A stretch of 64,000 bases of DNA from an uncultured Chloroflexia bacterium (GCA_963833225.1 CAWHXD010000019.1:512001-576000); one strand, 5' to 3'. Positions 24,125 through 36,936 are shown, counted from the stretch's first letter. A program made the numbers and translations. Notes: generated by a model not told the origin, from the letters alone.

Positions 24125-25904
24125 ATGACGACCCTCGACCCGGCCCCCTCACCGCACGCCGTCCTCGCGGTCCCCCCGGGCCCGTACCTATACGTGCCCC
24201 GGCAGCCCGTGCCCGACCCCACGCCCCTCGAGGCTTGCGATGCGGCCGTCGCGGACCTGCGAGCCGCCGCGGACCGCTGGGTGCGCACCTCGCCGGAGCG
24301 CAAGCGGGACCTGCTGGACGAGGTGCTGCGCGCCACGGAGCCGCTGATCGGCGCCTGGACCCGGATCGGGTCCCTGCACGAGGGCCTTGACCCCACCGGT
24401 CCCGATGCGGCCGAAGAGACGATCGTCGGCCCGTACGTGTTCATGCGGGGCGTCCGCCTCCACCGGCGGGCGATCGACGGGATCATCCGGACGGGCACCC
24501 CGCGGATCCCCGGCGGCGTGCGGACCCTGCACGATGGCCGCGTGGCGGCGCGCGTGATGCCCTCCGACTGGCTCGACACCCTCGCATACCTCGGGATGAC
24601 CGCCGATGTGTGGATGGAGCCCGGCGTCACGGCGGAGACCCTGCGGGAGACGATGGCGACCGCCTGGCGCACCCCGCCGCCCGCCCGGGTCTGTCTCGTG
24701 CTCGGCGCCGGAAACGCCAGCTCGATCGGCCCGCTGGACACGATTCACAAGCTGTTCGTCGAGCAGCAGGTGGTCGTGCTCAAGCTCCACCCGGTGATGG
24801 CCCACCTCGCCGAGATCCAGGCGGCGGCCCTGGCGCCGCTCGTCCGCGAGGGCGTGGTCCGGGTCGTCGTGGGCGACGCGGTCCAGGGCGGCTACCTCGC
24901 CCACCACCCGGGCGTGGACACGCTCCACATCACCGGCGCCGACCGCACCTATGACGCCATCGTCTTCGGCTCCGGCCCCGAGGGTGAGGAGCGCAAGCGG
25001 CGCGACGACCCGGTGATCGAGAAGCCGTTCTCCGCCGAGCTCGGCAACCTGACCCCGATCATCGTCGTCCCCGGGCGCTGGTCCAACCGGGACCTGGACC
25101 TCCACGCCGAGAACATCGCCTCGATGCTCACCAACAACGCGGGCTTCAACTGCACCACGTCACGCGTGATCATCACCGCACGGGGCTGGTCCCAGCGTGA
25201 CGCGCTGCTGGACCGGATCCGGCGCCGCCTGGGCCAGCTGCCCCCGCGCCTCGCGTACTACCCGGGCGCGATCGAGCGGTTCGGCGCCTTCAACCGCGTC
25301 CACCCCGAGGCCGAGACTGTTCGGGACCGCGGCCCACGGCGAGCTGCCGTGGATGCTGATCCCGGGGCTCTCCCCCGACGCCACCGCGGATCCCTGCTAC
25401 CACGTGGAGGCGTTCTGCAGCGTCACCGCCGAGACCCCCATCGACGCCATCGACGCCACGACCTTCCTCGACCGGGCCACCGCGTTCGCCAACGAGCGCC
25501 TGTGGGGGACGCTCAACGCGACCCTGATCGTGGACTCCCGGACCGCCCGTGATCCGGCAACCCGCCCGGTCCTCGAGCGCGCGATCCGTGACCTGCGCTA
25601 CGGGACCGTGTCGCTCAACACCTGGTCCGCCGCCGGGTACGGGATCGGGATCACGCCCTGGGGCGCCCATCCCGGCAACCCCCGCCACCACATCGGATCG
25701 GGCACCGGGTTCGTGCACAACCCGCTGATGTTCGAACGCGCCGAGAAGACCGTGATTCGCGGCCCCTTCCGACCGTGGCCGAAGCCTCCGTGGTTCTCCA
25801 GCCACCGCCGCGCCCACAAGCTGATGCCCGAGCTCACCAGGTTCGAGGGGGACAAGCACCCCGGCCGCCTGCTGCCGATCCTGTGGTACGCGATCCGCGC
25901 CTGA
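24125..25904 (+). CDS. Aldehyde dehydrogenase family protein; apparent frameshift near 25320
   Basis: VLGAGN, VVLK, HITG, AELGN and NNAGFNC (catalytic Cys). The C-terminal frame has EAFC, LWGTL and LRYGTV. Confidence 0.85.
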
Positions 25905-26064
25905 CGGGCTCCGCCGGGCGTCGTCAGGCAGTGACGATCCGGCGCTGCTTGATCCGGGTCGCGTCGGCTGCGAACGGCCCGTCGCCCAGCCCGTAGGTCA
26001 TCACGATCGGCTGCATCGGGGCGATGTTTCGCAAGTGGCAGAGGGCATCGACGGCGCGTGGCGG

Positions 26065-26469
26065 TCACACCTCCGGCGTCAGCTCCTGGAACAGCGTCAG
26101 CTGGAGCCCGGCGGGCGCCTCCAGCCGCGCGTTGAGCGACCCCCAGGGCGTCTCCACGGGTGCCGCGAGCAGCGTCGCCCCGGCGTCGGCCGCCCGCTCG
26201 GTCACCGCAGCCGCGTCATCGACCTTGAACGCGATCCGGACCTGACCCGCGACACGCCGGCCCACCTCGAGCCGGTCGATGTGCTCCGCGTGGGGCACGT
26301 CCGACAGCTCCAGCGTCGCCCGTCCCGCGTCGAGAATCGCCACGTGGCCGCCGCCATCGTCGAACGAGCCGATCTCCCGCAGCCCCAGCACATCCCGGTA
26401 GAAGCGGAGCGCCTCGTCGTAGTCGGGCGCGGTCACCACCAGCCGCAGCTCGTGCACGCCGTCGGCCAT
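26065..26469 (-). CDS. VOC/glyoxalase family protein
   Basis: ELRLVV..DYDEALRFYRDVLGL...RIAFKVDD...ETPWGSLNARL. AAGGAGG RBS before ATG 26469. Confidence 0.9.
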   Translation of the reverse strand: MADGVHELRLVVTAPDYDEALRFYRDVLGLREIGSFDDGGGHVAILDAGRATLELSDVPHAEHIDRLEVGRRVAGQVRIAFKVDDAAAVTERAADAGATLLAAPVETPWGSLNARLEAPAGLQLTLFQELTPEV

Positions 26470-26622
26470 CGTCGCCTCCTTCGCCCCCGGTCCCGCCCCC
26501 CAGGAACAGATCGGACCCGGGCGCGGTTCCGTCGCTCCCGGGTCCTCGCCCGCCATCCGTGGCTACGGACAACGGGTTACCGATGAGCGTACCAGCCCTT
26601 GGGAGCCGCGCCTCCATCACCG

Positions 26623-28647
26623 CTAGATCGCCACCGCTGCCCGCAGCCCCTCGAGCACCGCCTCCTCGATCGTGCGCGGAGTCAGCACATCGCCCGCAGC
26701 CATCACCCGGAACGAGCCATCCTCGGCGGCGGCTTCGAGCTCGTTGAGCAGCCCGTCCGCGGGCACGGTGCCCTGGGCGAGCACCAGCGCCGATGTGTCC
26801 TCCACCACGACCGGCTCCGAGGTCAGCACGTCCTGGAGGAACACCGCGGTGGGATCGGCTCCGAATAGGCGCAGCTGTGGACGGATCTCCACCCGGGCCC
26901 GGCGCGCGGACGCGGTCATGGTGTCGCGGATGTACTGCTGGAGGCGCTGACCGGCGTGGTACCCGGACGACGCCAGGGTGACCCGCCGCCCGCCACTCGC
27001 GAGCATCGTCGCGACCCCCAGGCCCACCCAGTCACACCGCCAATCCGCGACGACGACGTGTCCGCCGGGCACGGGAGCGCCCCTGATGACATCCCACGCC
27101 TCGAGCACGACCGGTCGCCCCGACAGCTCAAGCGGTGGCCGGTAGGGCACCGCGCCGGTCGTGACCACGACGACCCGCGCGCCGGACGCGCGGACGTACG
27201 CCAGATCCGCGCGGATACCGGTCTGGATCGTGACGCCGGCCCGCCGCGCCTCGCCCTCAAGGTTCGTGATCGCGCCGCCCATCTCGGCCCGCCCCGGTAG
27301 CTCTCGCGCGAGCCGGACCTGTCCGCCGACCCACCGCTCGGCCTCGACCAGCGTGACCCGGTGTCCGCGCTCAGCCGCGACCGCGGCCGCCTTGAGCCCG
27401 GCCGGCCCACCCCCGATGACCAGCACGTCCGCGCGCCCGGACGCGGATACAACGGCGTGGCGCGCGAACCCCGGCTCGCCGTCGCGCGGGAAGTCGCGCT
27501 CCCGGCCGCTCTCGGGGAACTGGACGCACGAGATCGGGAAGCCGGCGTGGAAGTGACCGATGCAGGCCTGGTTGCAGCCGATGCACGCCCGGATGTCGTC
27601 GAGGCGGCCCTGCGCGGTCTTGGCGGGCAGCTCCGGATCGCAGATCAGCGCCCGGGTCATCACGCACAGGTCGGCCTGGCCCGCGGCGAGGATCGCCTCG
27701 GCCTCCTGGGGCTGGTTGATCCGCCCAGCGACCATCACCGGCACCCCGATGACGGCCTTCGCCCGGGCGGCGAGCGGCGCCGTGTAGGCGTTCGCGATGG
27801 GCGTGGGCGGGACGATATGGTCCGAGCCGGCGAGCGTTGCCGAGGTCCCGGCCACGACGCTCACGTAGTCCATGGCGTGATCGGCATCGAGCGCAGCCAG
27901 CGCCTCGAGCGCCTCGTCCTCGGTGAGCCCCTCGGGAGTCACCTCGCCGATGGAGATCCGCAGCCCCACCACGAACCCCGCACGCGTGGTCGCCCGGCAT
28001 GCCGCCAAGGCCTCGCGCAGGAACCGCAGCCGCCCGGACGCGTCGCCGCCCCACTCGTCGCTGCGCAGGTTGGTGCGCGGGTTCAGGAACTGCGACGGCA
28101 GGTACCCGTGGGAGGCCACCACCTCCACGCCGTCGAGGCCGGCCCCCTCGAGCCGTGCCGCTGCCGCGCCGAATCCCGCCACGATCTCGCCGATCAGCGC
28201 CGGGGTCATCGCCCGTGGCATGACATGGAACCGCTCGGTCGGTACGGCGCTCGGCGCCCAGGCCACGGCCAGTGTTCCGTCGGCGGTCTCCATGATCTCG
28301 CGCCCGCCGTGGAACAGCTGCCCGAACACGGTCGCCCCGTGACGGTGGATCACCTCGGCCAGGCGGGTGAAGCCAGGGATCGCGTCGTCCGTGTCGGCGG
28401 TCAGCTCCGACGAGGTGTAGCGCGCCGTCGGGTGGACGCCGGCGACTTGGATGACGATCAGGCCGACGCCGCCCCGTGCCCGCGCTTCCTGGTAGGCGAT
28501 CAGCCGGTCCGTGACCAGCCCGTCCACGGCCATCACGGTGTCGTGGCCGGAGGACAGGATCCGGTTGCGGATCGTGGTGCCGCCGATCGTGATCGGCTCG
28601 AACAGGTGGGGGAAGGCAGGGTTGGACATCACGGGTGACGTTGCCAT
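26623..28647 (-). CDS. NADH:flavin oxidoreductase (Old Yellow Enzyme barrel + 4Fe-4S + FAD domain; FadH/DgcA-like)
   Basis: LFEPITIG..IRNRI, QLFHGGRE, SHGYLPSQFL, CIGCNQAC and VIGGGPAG. Confidence 0.92.
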   Translation of the reverse strand: MATSPVMSNPAFPHLFEPITIGGTTIRNRILSSGHDTVMAVDGLVTDRLIAYQEARARGGVGLIVIQVAGVHPTARYTSSELTADTDDAIPGFTRLAEVIHRHGATVFGQLFHGGREIMETADGTLAVAWAPSAVPTERFHVMPRAMTPALIGEIVAGFGAAAARLEGAGLDGVEVVASHGYLPSQFLNPRTNLRSDEWGGDASGRLRFLREALAACRATTRAGFVVGLRISIGEVTPEGLTEDEALEALAALDADHAMDYVSVVAGTSATLAGSDHIVPPTPIANAYTAPLAARAKAVIGVPVMVAGRINQPQEAEAILAAGQADLCVMTRALICDPELPAKTAQGRLDDIRACIGCNQACIGHFHAGFPISCVQFPESGRERDFPRDGEPGFARHAVVSASGRADVLVIGGGPAGLKAAAVAAERGHRVTLVEAERWVGGQVRLARELPGRAEMGGAITNLEGEARRAGVTIQTGIRADLAYVRASGARVVVVTTGAVPYRPPLELSGRPVVLEAWDVIRGAPVPGGHVVVADWRCDWVGLGVATMLASGGRRVTLASSGYHAGQRLQQYIRDTMTASARRARVEIRPQLRLFGADPTAVFLQDVLTSEPVVVEDTSALVLAQGTVPADGLLNELEAAAEDGSFRVMAAGDVLTPRTIEEAVLEGLRAAVAI

Positions 28648-28728
28648 GGCCGAAGGATGGCGCGTTGGCAGGCGCGCGTGCGCGGCTGTCGCGAGGGGCG
28701 GGAAGCGGCCCCTGCTATCGTCCTCACC

Positions 28729-29583
28729 ATGGACGGCCTCCTGCGCGAGCCCGCGGATCCCGAGCTGCCGGCGTTGGTCCCGGCGCCCGCGGGCCTCGCC
28801 GCGCACTGGCTCGGACGGGTTGGCTACCGGGACGGCTGGGACCTCCAGAAGGCCCTCGCGGCTGCGCGCGCGAACGGGTCGATCGGGGACCAGCTGCTGC
28901 TCCTCGAGCACCCGGCCGTGCTCACGCTTGGCCGCGGTGCTGATGACGCGCATGTCCTCGCAACCCCGGCGCTTCTCGAGGCGCGGGGCATCGAGCTGCT
29001 GCGCGTGGAGCGGGGCGGCGAGGTGACCTATCACGGGCCTGGCCAGCTGGTGGCGTATCCCATCATCCGGCTCGCCGATCGGGACCTGCTCCTGCGGCCG
29101 TTCGTCCGGGCGCTCGAGGCGGCGCTCGTCGAGACGTGCGCGGCGTTCGGCGTCGTCGCGGAGCGCCGCGATGGGCACCCCGGCTGCTGGGTGGATGCCG
29201 GGGGCCCGCGACCGCGCAAGATCGGTGCCCTGGGGATCCGCATCGAGCGAGGCACGAGCTACCACGGGATCGCGCTCAACGTGGACGTCGATCTCGCCGA
29301 CTTCGGGTTGATCGACCCCTGCGGGATGCCCGGTCTCGACTCGACGTCCATCGCCCGCGAGGCGGGTCGCCCGGGCGAAGCGCCATCGACCGCGCGGGTC
29401 GCCGAGGCCGCGACCGTGTTCGCGCGGGCCTTCGCGGCCAGGATCGGAGCCCCACTCGAGGGTGCACTCCCGCCGGACGCAGACCCGGTGGCGGAGCGGG
29501 CCGTGCTGGACCGGCTGACGACGACGGCCCGCGCCGTGGCGCGCGCCGGCCGGCCACTGACCGCGAACAGGGGAACCCCGTGA
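28729..29583 (+). CDS. lipB: Lipoyl(octanoyl) transferase
   Basis: LLEHPAVLTLGR, RGGEVTYHGPGQ, KIGALG, HGIALN and IDPCG. Confidence 0.95.
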   Translation: MDGLLREPADPELPALVPAPAGLAAHWLGRVGYRDGWDLQKALAAARANGSIGDQLLLLEHPAVLTLGRGADDAHVLATPALLEARGIELLRVERGGEVTYHGPGQLVAYPIIRLADRDLLLRPFVRALEAALVETCAAFGVVAERRDGHPGCWVDAGGPRPRKIGALGIRIERGTSYHGIALNVDVDLADFGLIDPCGMPGLDSTSIAREAGRPGEAPSTARVAEAATVFARAFAARIGAPLEGALPPDADPVAERAVLDRLTTTARAVARAGRPLTANRGTP

Positions 29584-30583
29584 GCCAGGGCCTGTTCGAG
29601 CTGCGCAAGGACGCGATCACCGGCTGGTGGGTCGCGACGATGGTGGACCGCACGTTTGCCCGTGAGCGGTTCGCGCTGCCCGCCGCGCAGGTCGACGATC
29701 ACGGCGACTGCTTCAACTGCCGGATTCCTCCCGGCGACGGCGTCCGGCTGCGCACCCTCAAGGACTTCGCGTTCACCGTCGCCGGGACCGAGGAGGAGGC
29801 ACGTGCCCGCGACGGTGCGGTCGCCCAGGTCACCATCTCGGACGCCCGCGCCGCTGGCGCCTGGCGGACCGCGGTCGCCCCGCCGGCGAGCATCGTGCGC
29901 TTCACCAGGTGGGCAATGGGATCATCGAGGAGCTGCTGCGCCGCTGCCGGGACGAGATCGTCGCGAGCCGCGCCGCGAACCGGACGCAGTATGTCCAGGT
30001 GGTCCAGAACTGGGGGGCCCAGGCGGGCGCTCGGACCAACCACTGCTGCTTTGATCTCTACGACCTTCCGCAGATCCCGCACCGGATCGGGGAGGAGCTG
30101 GGCGGCGCCGCGCGGTTCCTGATCCGCGAGGGAGAATGCCCGTACTGCCGCCTCGTGCGCGAGGAGGTACACCGTGGAGATCGCCTGCTCTATGCGGACG
30201 ACGCGGCCGTGGCGTTCGCACCCTGGGCCGGCCGCTCGGCGTTCGAGATGTGGGTGGTCCCGCGCCGCCACGACGCCGATTTCGCCCGGGCAAGCGACCG
30301 GGACATCGCCGCCGCGGCCGAGGCGCTGCGGAGCGTCCTGGCGAAGCTCGCGGTCAGCCTCGACGGGCCGCCGTACAACCTGGTGCTCCACTCGGCGCCG
30401 CTCCGGGAACAGGTCGACGCCACCTACCACTGGCATTGGGAGATCCACCCCCGGTTGCGTGAGATTGCCGGTCTCGAGCTGGGCACCGGTCTGCCGGTGA
30501 ACCCGGTCTCCCCGGAGGACGCCGTGGACGAGCTGCGGACCGGCCCCGACCCCGAGGTCCCGCTGGAGCACCCGCGACGGTGA
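29580..30583 (+). CDS. GalT/HIT-superfamily nucleotidyltransferase-like protein with an altered catalytic motif; apparent frameshift near 29885
   Basis: ELRKDAITGWWV, CFNC, QNWG..AGA..NHCC, CPYC, PYNLVLH, YHWHWEIHP and AGLELGTG..VNPVSPE. Confidence 0.82.
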
Positions 30584-30695
30584 CCCAGGCAGGGGGAGGA
30601 AGCCGTCACACGCTGGCGGGTCATGCCGTCCTAAGGGTCTGGAGCGCCGTGCTCCGTAGTGGGGGGCAGCCTGGAACCTTCAGCCCGGAGCATGC

Positions 30696-31367
30696 GTGGT
30701 CGCTGACACCTTCGAGATCGAACAGCCGCGGGGACGACCCGCCCGCTCGGCCGTGACGGCCGCGTGGGACCGCGACGAGGCTTACCGGTTCGTCGAGGAC
30801 CTGTTCGCGAAGCACCAGCACGAGATCTACGCGTACCTCGTCCGGATGCTGCGTGACCCGGAGCTGGCCGCGGACCTCGCCCAGGACGCGTTCGTGAAGG
30901 CTTACAAGGCCTACGACTCGCTCCAGAAGCCCGAGAACGCCCGCGCATGGCTGTACCAGATCGCCCACCGCGTGGCGCTCGACAACCTGCGCCGCCGGCG
31001 GATCGTCCGGTTCGTACCGCTGGTGGGCGAGGCGCGCAACACGGCACCCTCGGCGGAGCACCTCGCGATGGACCTCCGGCTGTCCGCGGATCTCCAGGCC
31101 GCGCTCGAGAAGATCCCCGAGCGACAGCGCGCGGCGCTCCTGCTCGCGGAGCTGCACGACCTGACCGGGCTCGAGCTGGCGGCCGCGCTCGGCGTCTCGC
31201 ATGTCGCGGCCCGGGCCCTCCTGACCCGCGCCCGCGAGAGCCTCCGCCGGGCCCTCGCCGAGGAGCGCCGGACCATGGCCGAGGCCGAGGCGGCCGCCGA
31301 TGCCGCCGCCGGGGCAGCGCTGGACGCGGCCCGGGATGCCGCCCGCCGTGGGGGGAACCGGTCGTGA
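30696..31367 (+). CDS. ECF RNA polymerase sigma factor
   Basis: Region 2 (AADLAQDAF, AWLYQIA) and region 4 (LEKIPERQR...LTRARESL). The start could be GTG 30753. Confidence 0.92.
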   Translation: MVADTFEIEQPRGRPARSAVTAAWDRDEAYRFVEDLFAKHQHEIYAYLVRMLRDPELAADLAQDAFVKAYKAYDSLQKPENARAWLYQIAHRVALDNLRRRRIVRFVPLVGEARNTAPSAEHLAMDLRLSADLQAALEKIPERQRAALLLAELHDLTGLELAAALGVSHVAARALLTRARESLRRALAEERRTMAEAEAAADAAAGAALDAARDAARRGGNRS

Positions 31368-33127
31368 GCCCGCTGTTCCGCCGTGAGACCGACCATGACC
31401 GCGCCCGCGAGCTTGCCGCGCTCGAGGTGGATGAGCCGCTTGCTCCCGTCGATGCAGGCTGGCTCGACGTCCACCTCGCCACGTGCGCAGAGTGCACCGC
31501 GATTGCCGATGCCTACCACGCCGACCGCCTCCTGTTCGCCCCGCTCCGCGGGACGGCACCGCAGCCGCCGCGCGACCTGTGGGCCCGGACCGCGGCGGCG
31601 ATCGATGCCGAGTCCACGGCGGATCGGACCGCCGGCGCGCGGCCGGGATCGGCGCCACAGGGTCGCCACCTGCGCGGGCTGCCCCTCGCCTCGCTTGCTC
31701 CCGTGGCCGGCCTGGCCGCCATCGCGGTGATCGTTGGCTCCGTGCTGCTCAACGGTGCCACGGTCGCCCCGGGACCCGTGGGTCCGTCCGGCCCGGCTGC
31801 CACCGCGATGGCGCTGGACCCGGGTCGCGTGTCCGTGGTCACACGGGGCAAGGATGGAAGCCTCTCCGTCGTTACGGCAGGGGTTGATGAGGTCTGCCCG
31901 CTGATCGCCGATCGGTGCGAGGCGGCTGACCCCTCGTTCGAGACGTCGCCGCTGCTCGGGCTCTCGGGCTCCGACGACATTGCCGCGATCATCTCGCCGC
32001 AGCGCGACCGCCTCGTCGTCGTCCAGCGCAACGCGGCCGGGACCGACGGGGTGTTCGTGGTCCCGTTCAGGCCCGCGAAGGCCGCTGTCACCCCTGCGAC
32101 CGACTCGCCGGCACCTACCGAGTCGCCGACCGCTTCGACCGAACCAAGCCCCTCCGCGCCGTCCACCGCGGTGGCGTCGCCGTCCGACGCCGCACCGACG
32201 CCCGACCCGACGAGCACCGCTGTGGCCACGGACGAGCCGGACGGTTCGGCCTCGCCCTCGGAGGAGCCGTCGGCCTCGCCCTCGGAGGAGCCGTCGGCAT
32301 CGCCATCCGAGAAGCCGGTCGAGACTCCGACCGTCGAGGTCACCCCGACCCCCGACGGTGCGATCGAGATTGCGAGCGACGTGGTCGTCGTTGGCGGGAT
32401 CGCCGCCTACGACGCTGACGGCACCCACTTCGCGTTCACGGCTCGCCCGTCGGACGGCTCGGCAGGCCCGGACGTGTTCGTCTGGAACACCTCGGACGCG
32501 CGCGCCCGCGCGATCACGTCCGATCACCGCTCGGTCTTCGCCGGGTGGAACGGCGCGGACGTGCTCGTCAGCCGGGTCGTGGATGATGCCACGCGCACGA
32601 TCGTCCTCGACCCGGGCTCGGGCGAGCGGACGAGTGCGCCACCCCTGGCGGGCTGGCTGCCCATCGTTTCGCCCGACGGTGCCGACGCCGTGTGGTGGGA
32701 CGGCAGCGTCCGGCTCGCAGCGGATGGCGTCACGTGGGTGCCCGACGAGGGCCGCCTGGTGATCGGCTCGTGGCCCGACGGCGTGGCAGGGGCGGAACCG
32801 GTTGCCGGTGGCGATGTCCGCGACTGGGAGGTCCTGTGGGCGCCCGATGGCGCGGTCGTCGCGATCTGGATTGCCGGCGATGGCGACAACGGCCTCGGCA
32901 AGCTCAGCCTGTACGCGATGGATCCGGAAACGGGCCGTGTGCGCCTCGGGCAGCCGTTGCTCCAGGACGAGCCGGCGTTCGGAGGGTTCTCGCTCGACAA
33001 CGGTCGCCTTGCCTACGGCGGGCCGGGCGGCGATGGCGGACGGACCGTGTGGGTCCTGGGCTGGGCCGGTGGCCACGTGGGCAAGGTCAAGCTGTCCGGC
33101 GCTGTCGGGACGACCGTCATCCGCTGA
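31364..33127 (+). CDS. Membrane anti-sigma factor with zinc-binding HxxxCxxC, Ser/Thr/Pro linker and extracellular beta-rich domain
   Basis: HLATCAEC, one TM helix (GLAAIAVIVGSVLL), SASPSEEP repeats and GTGA overlap with the sigma gene. Confidence 0.8.
   Translation: MSPLFRRETDHDRARELAALEVDEPLAPVDAGWLDVHLATCAECTAIADAYHADRLLFAPLRGTAPQPPRDLWARTAAAIDAESTADRTAGARPGSAPQGRHLRGLPLASLAPVAGLAAIAVIVGSVLLNGATVAPGPVGPSGPAATAMALDPGRVSVVTRGKDGSLSVVTAGVDEVCPLIADRCEAADPSFETSPLLGLSGSDDIAAIISPQRDRLVVVQRNAAGTDGVFVVPFRPAKAAVTPATDSPAPTESPTASTEPSPSAPSTAVASPSDAAPTPDPTSTAVATDEPDGSASPSEEPSASPSEEPSASPSEKPVETPTVEVTPTPDGAIEIASDVVVVGGIAAYDADGTHFAFTARPSDGSAGPDVFVWNTSDARARAITSDHRSVFAGWNGADVLVSRVVDDATRTIVLDPGSGERTSAPPLAGWLPIVSPDGADAVWWDGSVRLAADGVTWVPDEGRLVIGSWPDGVAGAEPVAGGDVRDWEVLWAPDGAVVAIWIAGDGDNGLGKLSLYAMDPETGRVRLGQPLLQDEPAFGGFSLDNGRLAYGGPGGDGGRTVWVLGWAGGHVGKVKLSGAVGTTVIR
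32246..32317 (+). repeat. Coding 24-bp tandem repeat (SASPSEEP x3)
   Basis: TCGGCCTCGCCCTCGGAGGAGCCG occurs twice exactly, plus a degenerate third copy. Confidence 0.85.
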
Positions 33128-33211
33128 CCCTCACCGGCGTTTCGGGAGACGCCCTGGCACGGCCGCAACCTTCACGATTTCGGGCAGATGCGATACGCTG
33201 CCTGAGAAGAC

Positions 33212-33767
33212 ATGCGACGCAGATCGGTCGTCGCGGCCGCGGCGCTCATCGCCGCGCTCGCGCTGGTCGGGCTGCCGGGTCCCGCGGGGTCGCGCCAGGC
33301 GGCGGTGCTCCGGGATCTGCAGCCGGCCGCGTTCACCTCGGTGATCATCCCCGCCAACGCCCCCGCTCTCGGAGCCTGGGGCGCGACTGGTCACGCCGAC
33401 GATGCCCTCCCAGCGGCGTCCCCCGAGCCGCCCTACGTGGAGCCCGGTGTCGCTCCGTCCGGCCCAGCCACCCGCCCCGCCGTGACGCAGCCCGCGGCTG
33501 ATCGCGGATCGGCCTGGAAGAAGCCCAAGCAGACGATCACCGGCTGGGCGAGCTTCTACGACAACGGCACGACGGCGATGCGGCTTCCCCGCGGCACCGT
33601 GGTCCGCATCTGTGGCGACGGTGGCTGCATCCAGCGGACGGTCACGGACTATGGGCCCGTGAACCGCAACGGCCGGATCATCGACATGTACCGGCCGGAC
33701 TTCTTCCGGATCTGCGGCTGCAGCTCCTGGTCGGGCACCGCACGAGGTCACCGTCTCCGTCTACTGA
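33212..33767 (+). CDS. Secreted RlpA-like double-psi beta-barrel protein; apparent frameshift near 33740
   Basis: Signal peptide, then GWASFY...LPRGTVVRI...VTDYGP...RIIDM. The alternative-frame tail EVTVSVY-stop at 33767 fits the fold better than the ORF-track end at 33784. Confidence 0.7.
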
Positions 33768-33795
33768 GCCACCGCGCGCGCTAGACTGGACCCGA

Positions 33796-33847
33796 TTTCC
33801 GCGCCGGTCCCGTGAGGCCGGGTGGCCCCGTGAGGCCGGGAAGGAGG
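33796..33847 (+). ncRNA. PyrR-binding leader with two tandem binding loops next to a Shine-Dalgarno sequence
   Basis: CCGGTCCCGTGAGGCCGG (33804-33821) and GGCCCCGTGAGGCC (33824-33837) resemble the RGUCCNGNGAGGYU PyrR loop and are followed by AAGGAGG. A TAGACT -10 candidate lies at 33782. Directly upstream of pyrR. Confidence 0.75.
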
Positions 33848-33879
33848 AGCGACTCCGTGCGACGCTGCAGGACCCGCCG

Positions 33880-35516
<1,637 letters not shown>

Positions 35517-35520
<4 letters not shown>

Positions 35521-36936
35521 GCGAGGCAGCCGGCGTGAGCGATGTCGCCGACGGGTTGGTCGTGCGCGGCTGGGCGGTGGATCCGGCTTCCGGGCGCCAA
35601 GGGGCGGCTGAGCTCCTGGTCCGCGAGGGCACCCTGGAGCGGGTCACCTGGCTCGAGGGTGCGGCGGCCGAGGGGCTGGGCCCGGGCGGGACGCTGCTCC
35701 TGCCGGGGCTGGTGGACATCCACGCCCACTTTCGCGAGCCCGGCAACGAGGACGCGGAGACCGTGGCCACGGGGCAGGCGGCGGCCGGCCACGGCGGGTT
35801 CACGACAGTCGCGGTCATGCCCAACACGACACCCGCCATCGACGAACCGGGAGTCGTTGCCCGGGTGCGGGCCGCCGCCGCCGCTTCAGGATCGCCGGTT
35901 CGGGTGCTCGTCCACGGGGCAGTCACGGCGGGGCGCAAGGGCGAGACGCTGTCGGCGATGGGGGAGCTGGCCGATGCGGGGATTGCGGGATTCTCCGACG
36001 ACGGGGCTCCCGTCCATGCCCCGGCGCTGCTCCGGAGCGCGCTTGCCTATGCGGGGGCGCTGGGCCTCCCGATCATCGACCATCCCGAGGATCCTGCGCT
36101 GACGGCGGGAGCCGAGGCGTCGGAAGGGTACGTCGCCTCGGTCCTGGGGCTGCGTGGATGGCCCGTGGCCGGAGAGGCCGGCGCGGTCGCCCGCGCGATC
36201 GCGGTGCTGGCCGACGTCGTGGCCGATGTGCCGGCCGCTCGCCTCCACCTCACCCATGTGTCCACGGCGGCGTCGCTCGCACACGTCCGTTCCGCGAAGG
36301 CCGCCGGGCTGCCGGTCACGTGCGACGTCACACCCCACCACCTCGCGTTCACCGACGAGTGGATTGCCGGTGCCCGCCGCTGGGCCTGGGAGGCGGTCGC
36401 GGACGACGGCTCGGCGCGGGACCCCTGGACGGACGGGGCGCTGGTGGCCGCACCGTTCGACACCTCGCTCCGGGTCAACCCGCCGCTGCGCAACGCGGCC
36501 GATGCGGCCGCCTGCCTGGCCGCGCTTGCCGACGGCACGGCCGACGCGATCGCCACCGATCATGCGCCGCACACCGAGGTGGACAAGCACGTCGAGTTTG
36601 GCTGGGCCATCAACGGGATCAGCGGGATCGAGACGGCGCTGCCGATCGTGCTGGCGGCGGTCGCGTCCGGGGGCCTGACGCTGGCACGCGCGGTCGAGGC
36701 GCTGACCACAGCTCCCGCGCGGATCCTGGGCGATCGCCAGGGCGTGCACCCAGGCCTTCGTCAGGGCGAGCCGGCCGATCTCGTGGTGGTGGATCGCGCG
36801 GCGAGCTGGACCGTGTCCGCCGACACGCTCGTCCTCCAAGGGCACCAACACGCCGCTGCTGGGTCGCGAGGTATCCGGCGTCGTCCGCCTCACGATCGCC
36901 GGCGGGCGGGTGGCGTACCGCGCGGACCAGCCCTAG
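35517..36936 (+). CDS. pyrC: Dihydroorotase; apparent frameshift near 36830
   Basis: DIHAHFREPG, VMPNT, FSDDG, HLTHVST, DVTPHHL, RVNPPLR and ATDHAPH. The tail SKGTNTP...GGRVAY is in a shifted frame ending TAG 36936. Confidence 0.92.

Noticed and set aside
25905-26064. Possible small ORF or remnant between ALDH and the VOC gene
   Set aside because: No convincing start, RBS or recognisable motif.
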